DNA from: an uncultured Rickettsiales bacterium
GTDB lineage: Bacteria > Pseudomonadota > Alphaproteobacteria > Micavibrionales > GCA-2720935
Length of the DNA stretch: 64,000 nt
Assembly (NCBI GenBank): GCA_950054255.1
Contig: CATLOR010000002.1
Coordinates: 143,106-207,105, forward strand
Direction: 5' to 3'
Shown: positions 31,458 through 40,474 of the stretch, one piece after another
Layout: every line of letters begins with the position of its first letter
Numbering within the stretch: position 1 is the first letter of the stretch
Notes under the pieces: model-generated
Told to the model about the DNA's origin: nothing
The model's input: the letters and a program-made list of their open reading frames with translations, nothing else
The model's database searches: none
Translations under genes and position numbers: made by a program

Positions 31458-33959
31458 ATGAAGAATTACAAATCATCAGTTTCTGTGATTGCTATTTGTG
31501 CATTGTTATCTGTTCCAGCTCAGGCTGGTCTGTTTGATAGTGGTGACGAAGTATATGCAGAAGATATACAGCCATCATCAAAAGTTAGAATTATCGACGA
31601 AACCAAAGATGCCGTTCAGGCTGAATCGGATTCGGTTGTTTATATTCCACCTGAAAAAGGGATTGAAGTACCAGCTAAGACAAAAGCAACACAAGATCAA
31701 ATGTTGTTTAATCGTGTAGACAAAGTGGTTTCTGATACGGCGGATCTTGTTGATTCAAGTGAGAAAAAAGTTGATCTGATGGCGAAAGAGGCTGATAAAA
31801 AAGCTTCTGAAATAGAAACGCTTATGAAGCAAAAATCTCAAGAAGAACTTGATATGGCTGCGGAAGTCATTGAGCAAGCAGCAAGTGAAATGGAAGAAAG
31901 CACGACTTTCTTAACGCCGTCTAGTCAAGTCTCTCTAGGAAATGATATTAAAGAAGCGATTGCTGTTGATGAGATTGAGACAAAAGAGGCTGTTTTTAAA
32001 ACACCTAGAGATCGAGCAGAAGAGCTTAAGCAAGAATTATTACAAGATTTAAACCAAGCAAAAGAAACAAGAAAAGAATTGCTTGGTACAACTGTTGTTG
32101 AAAGAGAAATTCCAGAAGCGAAAATCGTGAAACCAGAAATGGAAGATGAAGAGGCTTCTGAATTAGCGAAAAATAAAGTCACTCCAGCTGTAAAAGCAAC
32201 AGAGCAAGCAAGTTCAATGGAAGAAAGTGCTGAAAAGCCGTTAACAGCGGAAGAACGCCACTCTCTTGAAGAGGCGGATAAAAGTCGCGCTTTAATTGCA
32301 CGTATTATTGCTGAGGGTAAGGCTCGTAAAGCTAAAAAGAGAGAAATAGAAATCGCAGAAAGAGAGCGTGAAGCGAAGAAAGCGATTGTTCAGGAGAATA
32401 AAACTACATTATTGCGTGCACCTCGCTGGAGTAAAACGCCTTCTGAAGAAAAAGCAGAGAGTCTATTTTCTCGTTTAGAAGAGCTGAAGCATAAGCCAAT
32501 TGAGGTAAAATCTCCTGATGTTGAGCGCGTTGATAAAGTTATGGCTGAATCAGAAAAGGCCATAGAGGATGTTGAAAAAGATATTCAGCTAACAGAGCCA
32601 GCAAAGTCTGTGAATGTTCGTGACCTTTATAAGGTAACAAAAGTTCAAGACAGAGATATGTCTTTGCCAGATGTTTCAAGTGATATTGCTGTTTCAAAAT
32701 CAGAAAAAAAAGCCGAGCTTAATGAACGCCATATGCAGGCTGACGATGTTCAAGGACAACATGATTTGGCTGATGATTCTATGATATTGAATACAGAGTC
32801 ATTTTTACTGTTGCCTGAATTAGCTGAAAATGTACGCCAACAACCTAACAAAGTCGTTGAAGCTAGGCATGAGAAAACACAGGCAAGTCAATCTTCTGAT
32901 GTAATGCAGAAGAAAAAACCTGTAGGTGGAATTTCCGGAGCGATTGCTTCTATGCCGGAAAATATGACAGTTAATCCAGATCGCACAGCTTCTTTAACGC
33001 CTGAATATAGATATAATCAGCCAAAAGTAGCTGCAGAGCCAAGAGAACCAATGTTTTCTGTTGGTGAAACAACTGTTGCACCCGAAGAAATCTCAGCTAT
33101 TCCAGTTGTGAGGGAAGGGGTGCAAGTAACAACAGGAGCGCCTTTATCAATTACAGATAAAAATACATCGGCTCCGACACCTGTTTATACAGAATTGCCG
33201 AAGATGAGCGATAATTTACCTTTGGAGCCAGTTTATGAGGCGCCAAGTAAGCCTGTTGTTTCTTCTAAGGTGTTAATGCAACAAGATAATCCAGCACAAA
33301 GCGCTGTGGAATCTCGTTTGAATACAATTGCAAATGAAAGACGTGTACAAGAGGCTGCACGTCAATATCAGCAAGCTCAAGCTTATGCGCAGCCACAGCC
33401 TCAAATGCAGCAGATACAACAACAGCCTGTTTATATGCAACAACCAGCTCCGAATGTAAATCGCCCTCGTTATTACTATATACCGACGATACAGCCGCAG
33501 CAGCAGCCAACTATGACGCAGGCTCAATATTATCAGATGCCACCTGTGCCAATGCAGCCACGTTTCTCACAAGCGGTAGCGCAGCAGCAAGCGGCTCAAT
33601 TAGCCGCATTAGCGCAACAACAAAGGCAAGCATCAAGATTGAGTAGTTTTTCACAAAATACGAATGCGACGAGAGCGTCTATCAATGTTGGATCACAGCT
33701 TGCGCCAACACAAGCGGTAACAGCAACATCGGCACGTGCATCGTCTTTTAATTCTATGCCAGATTATAGACGCCCAGTTAGAAAAAGAATGAGTTCTGAT
33801 TTTGTGACACGTTCTAGCTTATCTCAATTAGAGAAGCGTAAAAAGAAAACAGCAGCGGATCTTTCTGCTATTGATTTCAATGCAAGCCGGTATCCTGAAT
33901 ATACATCTGCAGTAGATGATGTATCTAATTCTGGTGTTCAACCTTTCTCTTCGCAATAG
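31458..33959 (+). CDS. secreted 833-aa low-complexity protein (E/K-rich, then Q/P-rich), function unknown
   Basis: Signal peptide (SVIAICALLSVPAQA). Acidic and lysine-rich helical middle. C-terminal third is rich in Q, P, M and Y (QPQPQMQQIQQQPVYMQQPAP...). Confidence 0.55.
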   Translation: MKNYKSSVSVIAICALLSVPAQAGLFDSGDEVYAEDIQPSSKVRIIDETKDAVQAESDSVVYIPPEKGIEVPAKTKATQDQMLFNRVDKVVSDTADLVDSSEKKVDLMAKEADKKASEIETLMKQKSQEELDMAAEVIEQAASEMEESTTFLTPSSQVSLGNDIKEAIAVDEIETKEAVFKTPRDRAEELKQELLQDLNQAKETRKELLGTTVVEREIPEAKIVKPEMEDEEASELAKNKVTPAVKATEQASSMEESAEKPLTAEERHSLEEADKSRALIARIIAEGKARKAKKREIEIAEREREAKKAIVQENKTTLLRAPRWSKTPSEEKAESLFSRLEELKHKPIEVKSPDVERVDKVMAESEKAIEDVEKDIQLTEPAKSVNVRDLYKVTKVQDRDMSLPDVSSDIAVSKSEKKAELNERHMQADDVQGQHDLADDSMILNTESFLLLPELAENVRQQPNKVVEARHEKTQASQSSDVMQKKKPVGGISGAIASMPENMTVNPDRTASLTPEYRYNQPKVAAEPREPMFSVGETTVAPEEISAIPVVREGVQVTTGAPLSITDKNTSAPTPVYTELPKMSDNLPLEPVYEAPSKPVVSSKVLMQQDNPAQSAVESRLNTIANERRVQEAARQYQQAQAYAQPQPQMQQIQQQPVYMQQPAPNVNRPRYYYIPTIQPQQQPTMTQAQYYQMPPVPMQPRFSQAVAQQQAAQLAALAQQQRQASRLSSFSQNTNATRASINVGSQLAPTQAVTATSARASSFNSMPDYRRPVRKRMSSDFVTRSSLSQLEKRKKKTAADLSAIDFNASRYPEYTSAVDDVSNSGVQPFSSQ

Positions 33960-34019
33960 CAGCAACTTTTTTATAGATTGATGCTTGACGTAATCCTGTT
34001 TGGACGTCATACTTTTTCT

Positions 34020-35918
34020 ATGTCAAATTTTGTTGCTGTAGAAGAATCGTCTGAAGGGCGTTTATGGACTGTTAGAGAAATTGATCAGCCATTAGCGGAT
34101 CGTATTTCAAGGCTTTTTGATATTCCTCCTGTCTTGGCGGAAGTTCTTGTTTCTCGTGGTTTCGATCTTGAAACTGTTGATAATTATCTTGATCCAAAAA
34201 TTAAAAACTTAATGCCAGACCCTTCAATCATAAAGGATTTGGACAAGGCTGTTGATCGTTTAATTGAAGCGATTGAAAAAAATGAAAAAATAACAGTCTT
34301 TGGTGATTATGATGTTGATGGAGCAACTTCGAGTGCTTTATTAAGGAATTACTTTAGAGAAATTGGTCATGATATTGATATTTATATCCCGCATCGTATT
34401 AATGAGGGGTATGGCCCACAGATTGACGCTTTTAAAAAATTAAAAAAAGAAAAGAATACAGATCTTATTATTACGGTTGATTGTGGAGCGAGTGCGCATA
34501 GCGTTATTCAAGAAGCAAATGGCTTAGGTTTGAGTACGATTGTTTTTGATCATCACCAAGGCTTTGGTGAATTACCACCAGCAGACGCTGTGGTTAACCC
34601 TAATCACGAAAGTGATAATAGTGGGCTAAACTATTTGGCGGGCTGCGGTGTTACCTTTATGGTATTGGTTGCTTTGAACCGAAAGTTAAAAAAGAAAGGC
34701 TTTTTCAAGCAAGAAAATATAAAAGAGCCTAATTTGATGATGTATTTGGACTTGGTTGCTCTTGGTACTGTTGCTGATGTTATGCCCTTGGAAAAATTGA
34801 ATAGAGCCTTTGTAAAACAAGGTCTTATCGTTATGAATCAACGCGAAAATAAGGGACTAAAATTTTTGATGAATGCAGCAGGTCTTGTTGAGAAAATAAC
34901 GTCTTACTCGATTGGCTTTGTTTTAGGGCCACGCATTAATGCGGGGGGGCGCTTAGGAGATCAACCACATTTGGGAGCATCTTTGCTTTCAACTACATCT
35001 GACAATGAGGCCTCGTATATAGCAAATGAATTAGACGGCCTTAATATTCAGCGTCGCCAAGAGCAAGAAGATGCTTTAAAAGTTATTTATAAAAATGATC
35101 TACATATAACGGATGATCCTTTTGTCATGCTTGCAGACGAGGAATGGCACCAGGGAATTATCGGTATTATGGCAGGACGTATTAAAGAAGAGTGTTTTAA
35201 GCCTAGTGCTATCATGACTTACGATGAAAAAACAGGCCTTTGGAAGGGCTCAGCTCGTTCAGTTGAGGGAATTGATTTGGGTAAAATAATTCATGCCGCT
35301 AAAGAGGAAGGATTATTGGAAAAAGCTGGTGGGCACAAGATGGCAGCTGGCTTTTCTATAAAAGAAGAAAAAATAGAAGAGTTTAGAGCTTTTATGAACA
35401 AATCGATTATCGATCAGTTAAATGGAGAAAAACTCGTTGAACAAATTGATATTACGTCGGTTGTTTCTTTATCATCGGTTAATTTGAATTTTGCAGAAAA
35501 ATTAAAAATCATGGAACCTTGTGGTCAAGGAAATCCAAGACCTTCATTCCTTTTGACTTCTGTACGTGTGAAGCAAATAAAAATTCAAAAGGACAAAGGG
35601 GATTCAGACTTTTTGATTGTTGTCTTGTCAGATGATACAGGGCAAGGTCATGTTGAGGCGAAAGTGTTTGTAAAAAAAGATTCACCGCTTCATAAAGACT
35701 TGCTAGACCCATCACGTCCAGTTTTACATTTAGCTGGAGAAATCTCTGTTAATGAATTTCAAGGACGCAAAAAGGTACAGTTTGATATAAAAGACTGTGT
35801 CCGTGATTATGTTGATCTTCCGTTCAAAAAAAAACGCAGCATGACGAAACAAAAGAAGAATTCGTCGCGTAAACGCGCAACAAAAACACCCGTTAAGCGT
35901 GGACCAAAGCCTAGATAA
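34020..35918 (+). CDS. recJ: single-stranded-DNA-specific exonuclease RecJ
   Basis: DHH motifs (VFGDYDVDGATS, VDCG, FDHHQ) and DHHA1 (GGHKMAAG). Start placed at MSNFVAVEE (34020). The track ORF begins at an upstream TTG (33978). Confidence 0.9.
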   Translation: MSNFVAVEESSEGRLWTVREIDQPLADRISRLFDIPPVLAEVLVSRGFDLETVDNYLDPKIKNLMPDPSIIKDLDKAVDRLIEAIEKNEKITVFGDYDVDGATSSALLRNYFREIGHDIDIYIPHRINEGYGPQIDAFKKLKKEKNTDLIITVDCGASAHSVIQEANGLGLSTIVFDHHQGFGELPPADAVVNPNHESDNSGLNYLAGCGVTFMVLVALNRKLKKKGFFKQENIKEPNLMMYLDLVALGTVADVMPLEKLNRAFVKQGLIVMNQRENKGLKFLMNAAGLVEKITSYSIGFVLGPRINAGGRLGDQPHLGASLLSTTSDNEASYIANELDGLNIQRRQEQEDALKVIYKNDLHITDDPFVMLADEEWHQGIIGIMAGRIKEECFKPSAIMTYDEKTGLWKGSARSVEGIDLGKIIHAAKEEGLLEKAGGHKMAAGFSIKEEKIEEFRAFMNKSIIDQLNGEKLVEQIDITSVVSLSSVNLNFAEKLKIMEPCGQGNPRPSFLLTSVRVKQIKIQKDKGDSDFLIVVLSDDTGQGHVEAKVFVKKDSPLHKDLLDPSRPVLHLAGEISVNEFQGRKKVQFDIKDCVRDYVDLPFKKKRSMTKQKKNSSRKRATKTPVKRGPKPR

Positions 35919-36030
35919 TGAAAAAAGTCATACTTATCTAAAAAAAGTAGTTGATTTTATTGGTAGGAATAGATATTAATAAGCTCGCTTTTAGCAAAGA
36001 ACACAAAGCTTTAAGAATTTTCTTTTTTGC

Positions 36031-36106
36031 GTCCCGTTCGTCTAGAGGCCTAGGACACCGCCCTTTCACGGCGGCAACACGGGTTCGAATCCCGTACGGG
36101 ATGCCA
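36031..36106 (+). tRNA. tRNA-Glu (anticodon TTC)
   Basis: Acceptor GTCCCGT/ACGGGAT, anticodon loop CTTTCAC, T-arm ACGGGTTCGAATCCCGT, 3' GCCA. Confidence 0.9.
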
Positions 36107-36184
36107 TTTATACTTTCTCTTTTTATTGTTATAGATATAATAGATATCGTTTTTAATTATATCTAATAAGTGTAAAGGAAAAAA

Positions 36185-36427
36185 ATGGCTATTAACCCTA
36201 AGAATATACATCCTCACTATCATCAAAATATAAAAGGCTTGCAAAGCCAAGGGTATGACTTCCCAAAATCTGGGCAGATTCCACATCATCTTGAAAGGCT
36301 GTTTGGATCTTTAACATTCCTTATTAATGAAGAGGGAGATATAAAGTCAGTTAATCAGGCGACAGGAGAGGTTAAGGATGTGGTGCACACGCTCTATAAG
36401 CCCTTAAAGAGGCCATCAATAAAATAG
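36185..36427 (+). CDS. hypothetical 80-aa protein
   Basis: ORF only. AAAGGAAAAAAATG upstream context. No recognisable motif. Confidence 0.3.
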   Translation: MAINPKNIHPHYHQNIKGLQSQGYDFPKSGQIPHHLERLFGSLTFLINEEGDIKSVNQATGEVKDVVHTLYKPLKRPSIK

Positions 36428-36431
36428 AGTG

Positions 36432-36812
36432 TTAATTTTGGGAAAGTGTTACAAGTATTACACCTATAAAAATTAAAGCTTGCCCGATAATCAATTTTGC
36501 TGAATAAGTTTCTCCTAGAAATAAAAAACTTCCTAAAATGACAAGAATGAATGTGGTTGATAGGAATGGATAAGCATAGCTTAAATTAAATTTTGAAAGA
36601 CATATCAACCAAAGGGGTAAAACGAGTCCTGCGGCCACTAATCCTGAGAAAAGCCAAGGGTCTGTGATCATGCGCCAGATGAAAGGGATTACTTCTTTTA
36701 AAGAATTAACATGCGTGTCTAAATGCGTAATACGCCATTTTAAGATAAGCTGTGAATAGCTTAATAAGCATATGATAAGACCTAAAAGCCCGTGAGCTAG
36801 AACATGTGACAT
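36432..36812 (-). CDS. small 4-TM membrane protein, EamA/SMR-like (candidate undecaprenyl-phosphate-sugar flippase subunit)
   Basis: 126 aa with four hydrophobic helices. The C-terminal GE...GQALIFIGVILV pattern resembles DMT/SMR half-transporters such as ArnE/ArnF. Last gene of the GT2 cluster. Confidence 0.5.
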   Translation of the reverse strand: MSHVLAHGLLGLIICLLSYSQLILKWRITHLDTHVNSLKEVIPFIWRMITDPWLFSGLVAAGLVLPLWLICLSKFNLSYAYPFLSTTFILVILGSFLFLGETYSAKLIIGQALIFIGVILVTLSQN

Positions 36813-36833
36813 GTTTATAATGTTCCTTTTTTC

Positions 36834-37811
36834 TTATGTATTAATTTCGTCAAACTCATCATGGCCTTCAATCATTTGTTGTAAACGCATTTGACTGATT
36901 TGATCAGCAACTAGTCCCATCAACATGAATAAGACACCTAAGATGATTGTCATAGAGCCGGCTGTTGGAATGCCTGTTCCTTTAAACAGAACAAAAAATA
37001 AGCTGTATAAGAAACCTACAACCCCTAAAGCGAATCCAGCGGGAAGGAAAATACGCATTGGCGCAAAAAGCATTACAATTCTAAAGATAAGTAAAATCGT
37101 GTTGAAACCGTCTTTGAGCTTAACTTTACTTGTTCCAATCCGATCGTTGAGATCAATATCATGGAACGCAATGGGGTATTCACGCTCAAGCATAACCATT
37201 GTGCTTGTTGTGCTTGCAGAAAATTTGTCGGGTAAAATATTGTAATATTTTTCAATGATAGAACGTCTAAAGACCCGTAGTCCACAATTCAAATCCATAT
37301 TTGATTTAGAGTTAAATAAACGCGCAATCTGGCGTAAAACCCATTTACCAATGATGCGTGTGTTGTTGATCCCAGGGCTGTTACGTCTTGTTAGGACAGC
37401 GGCAAGGTTTTGATCTTGGATCATTTGAATGATTTTTACTAAATCATCACTTTTATGTTCGTTATCCGCATCAAACCAAGCAATATATTCTCGTGTAGCA
37501 ACACGCATACCTGTTTTTAAAGCAGAGCCGTAACCGCCATTGAATTTTCTTTTTATTAAGCGAATGCCTTTTACGGATTTAACACGTTCAACAGTGTTGT
37601 CTTTACTGCCATCATCAATAACAATGATTTCTGCATTCGGAACGGCTTTTTTTAAGCCTTTTAATGTAGGGGCAATACCATTTTCTTCGTTGTAAGCAGG
37701 AATAACAATACTAACATTTTTGCTGTAATCAAAGGGGGCTGTTTTTGCTTTTTTTGTAGTGGTTGTTTTAGAAGTTTTTTTCGTCGTTTTTGTCACAGTG
37801 TTTCTCTCCAA
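36834..37811 (-). CDS. family-2 glycosyltransferase with C-terminal TM helices (ArnC/GtrB/DPM1-like polyprenyl-phosphate glycosyltransferase)
   Basis: IVIPAYNEE, VIDDGSKD, FDADNEH (DxD), and two C-terminal TM segments. Confidence 0.8.
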   Translation of the reverse strand: MERNTVTKTTKKTSKTTTTKKAKTAPFDYSKNVSIVIPAYNEENGIAPTLKGLKKAVPNAEIIVIDDGSKDNTVERVKSVKGIRLIKRKFNGGYGSALKTGMRVATREYIAWFDADNEHKSDDLVKIIQMIQDQNLAAVLTRRNSPGINNTRIIGKWVLRQIARLFNSKSNMDLNCGLRVFRRSIIEKYYNILPDKFSASTTSTMVMLEREYPIAFHDIDLNDRIGTSKVKLKDGFNTILLIFRIVMLFAPMRIFLPAGFALGVVGFLYSLFFVLFKGTGIPTAGSMTIILGVLFMLMGLVADQISQMRLQQMIEGHDEFDEINT

Positions 37812-39673
37812 ATCGCGAAGTTAAGTAAAGTCCATAATAGGTATCCATGATTAGCTTTTTGAGCACAATGGTCAAGCCATATTTGTTCGATTTTATTTTC
37901 TTTAAGCCAAGGAGAAAACAGCTCTTTTTTCTCAAGAAAATATTCGTGTCCAAGAGGCTTTAGCTGATCTGAAAATAAAGAAACCAAAGGCACATTAAAT
38001 CCCTTTTTGGGAGCATTGATAATGGCATTACCAACTTGATGTTGTTTTAAGGCATGCCTTAAAAACCGTTTTTTCTCACCAAAAAAAGGTGTTAAAAGGT
38101 CGCTGGATAATTGGCCTGCAAATGTCATGATACGTTTGTCTAAAAAAGGAACTCTAATCTCTAAAGAATGTGCCATACTCATGGCATCACTTTTCATTAA
38201 CAGATCCCCAGGCAAGTAATGTGTTTGATCAGAAAGTAGATATTCGTCTATCCCTGATTGAGATGTTAAATCGTGATTGTAGTGTGAAAGTGGAGAGAAT
38301 AGGGCTGATGTTTTCATGCTGTCATCATATAAATGTGCCTGCATATTATGGCTCATAATACGACGCCATTGTGTATGAGGATGAATATGTGATTCTGCAA
38401 CGCCTGCCATAAACCTAGAAAGAATTTCACCGAAAGGAAGCCTTGATGCTTTTCCTCGATTAAGAAAATGTCCGAGTTTCTCTCCTTGTTTTGCAAAGAA
38501 AGAAGGCATGAAAGGAGAAATATGTTTTGCTACCTTTGATGCTTTGTATGTTGAATAGCCACCAAAAAACTCATCGCCTCCATCACCTGTTAGAGCAACA
38601 GTTACGTGTTTTCTTACTTCAGCACATAAATTATAAAAAGCAAGGCCACTTGAATCTGTTACTTGTCCATCATAATGATGGATCACTTTTCTAACGCTTG
38701 CTTCCAAATTATCATGATCATCAATTGTAAGAAGCGTTAAGGGATGACCTGTGTTGCTCGCAATTAGTTGCGCGAGATGTGATTCATCATGGCTTTTTTC
38801 TTTGAATGCGGCTGTAAAAAGAGGCACATTTTTGTCACGAGGGAGCGAGGTGCTAATAAGACTAGAGTCAATGCCACCGCTTTGTAAAACACCAATTGGG
38901 ACATCACTTATAAGCATATCATCTAGGACTTTAGGCCATAATTTTGCGAATTCTTCATGTGCTTCATGAATATTTTTAATGGTATTGGTACGTTTGGGTG
39001 TCCAGAATTTGTGTTCTTCTATTGCGCCCGTTTTAACATTTATTTTTATAAAAGAACCTGGTGCAACTTGGTGAATATTTTTAATTAAGCTTGAATTAGG
39101 ATCAACATAACCTTGAGCAAAGTAGCTGTGTAGGCTATCTGGATTAATTTCTTTTTCACATTCGCTATGCGCTAATAAGGCTTTTAATTCACTTCCAAAA
39201 AGAAGTGTGGATTCATTTTTAAAATAATAGAGAGGTTTAATACCTATAGGATCTCTTACGAGGTAAACGGTGTCGGAGCTTTGATCGTGAAGTGCAATTG
39301 AAAACATGCCTTCAAGCTCTTTAACGATATCTATGCCATGGGCTCGGTAAGCAGGGCAAATCATTTCACTATCACAGGCAGATTTGAACTGAATACCATG
39401 TTCATTTTCTAATTTTTGTTTGATAAAGGAGTCATTATAAATTTCACCATTAAAAACCATCGCAATCGTTTTATCATTTGAAAACATTGGTTGTTGTCCC
39501 AATGGAGATAAATCTCGAATAGCTAATCTTCTATGACCAAAAGCAACATTTTTATTAAGATAAAACCCCTCAGCATCGGGGCCTCTATGTGCAATCGCAT
39601 CACACATCTTCTTTAATTCTTTTTTATCTGCTTTTTGCGATGAAAAATGAATGATTCCAGCAATACCGCACAT
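37793..39673 (-). CDS. asparagine synthase (glutamine-hydrolysing) family amidotransferase
   Basis: N-terminal MCGIAG nucleophile and PP-loop SGGIDSS. 626 aa. Confidence 0.85.
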   Translation of the reverse strand: MCGIAGIIHFSSQKADKKELKKMCDAIAHRGPDAEGFYLNKNVAFGHRRLAIRDLSPLGQQPMFSNDKTIAMVFNGEIYNDSFIKQKLENEHGIQFKSACDSEMICPAYRAHGIDIVKELEGMFSIALHDQSSDTVYLVRDPIGIKPLYYFKNESTLLFGSELKALLAHSECEKEINPDSLHSYFAQGYVDPNSSLIKNIHQVAPGSFIKINVKTGAIEEHKFWTPKRTNTIKNIHEAHEEFAKLWPKVLDDMLISDVPIGVLQSGGIDSSLISTSLPRDKNVPLFTAAFKEKSHDESHLAQLIASNTGHPLTLLTIDDHDNLEASVRKVIHHYDGQVTDSSGLAFYNLCAEVRKHVTVALTGDGGDEFFGGYSTYKASKVAKHISPFMPSFFAKQGEKLGHFLNRGKASRLPFGEILSRFMAGVAESHIHPHTQWRRIMSHNMQAHLYDDSMKTSALFSPLSHYNHDLTSQSGIDEYLLSDQTHYLPGDLLMKSDAMSMAHSLEIRVPFLDKRIMTFAGQLSSDLLTPFFGEKKRFLRHALKQHQVGNAIINAPKKGFNVPLVSLFSDQLKPLGHEYFLEKKELFSPWLKENKIEQIWLDHCAQKANHGYLLWTLLNFAIWRETL

Positions 39674-39691
39674 GAAAATAATAATCCTTTT

Positions 39692-40474
39692 TTAAGATGC
39701 CTTTTTGCTTGCTTTAGGCGTGCTTATTGCTATTGGGGTGTAACTCTTTAAATATTCAAGAGCGCGAGATTTATTTGGGTTTTTTGCGGCGATATAAGCA
39801 TAAAGACTCAAATGTTTCCCAGGAATTGGAAAGTAGTGAATGGTAACGTCACTGAAGAAATAGCGTGTCAAGTTAAGCATTTCATCTATATCGTTAATAT
39901 GCTCATGTTCCATAAGGGTTTTATACGATATTTTGTTTCTTAAATAGTAACCAAGCCCTGTTGTTAGACGCCATCCTAATCCCCATAAAAAACCACCTTC
40001 ACTAGGGATTCCTGCTTGAAAAGAGCCGTCTTTCTTTAGGAGAAGGCAAGAACGTGCTAAATTATAAGGTAGTTCTTCTAGGTGTTCTAAAACAGCTACA
40101 GAAATGATGCGGTCATAGACGTGTGTTTCATCAGGTAGAAGCCCCATATCGTCATATACATGTCTTATTTGGTCTAGCTTAGGGTTATTCGTATATAAAT
40201 GTTTAAAAGGTTCTATAATGTCGTAAGCGCCGTTATTTTTTTCGTGTTTGAGCTGGTTTAGGGTTCCTGCTCCAATTTCTAATGTCGTGGGTGCGTTATA
40301 TGAATGGGATGCAACCTGTTTATGCATCCAGCTTTCTGCGCGTTGTGCTAATCCTCTAATAAAGCCTTCACCATCTCTATTCTCTTTATATTCTTTTGCA
40401 AAAATATCTTTGTGTTTTTGTGTCAGAGGAGGGCGTTTTTTGGGGTATTTGTTTAATAAGGATTCTATATTCAT
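39692..40474 (-). CDS. class I SAM-dependent methyltransferase
   Basis: Motif I-like LEIGAGTLN. 260 aa. 4-nt overlap with the upstream gene. Confidence 0.6.
   Translation of the reverse strand: MNIESLLNKYPKKRPPLTQKHKDIFAKEYKENRDGEGFIRGLAQRAESWMHKQVASHSYNAPTTLEIGAGTLNQLKHEKNNGAYDIIEPFKHLYTNNPKLDQIRHVYDDMGLLPDETHVYDRIISVAVLEHLEELPYNLARSCLLLKKDGSFQAGIPSEGGFLWGLGWRLTTGLGYYLRNKISYKTLMEHEHINDIDEMLNLTRYFFSDVTIHYFPIPGKHLSLYAYIAAKNPNKSRALEYLKSYTPIAISTPKASKKAS

Noticed and set aside
35951-36289. ORFs of 71 and 79 aa overlapping tRNA-Glu
   Set aside because: They overlap a well-folded tRNA gene on both strands and are spurious.
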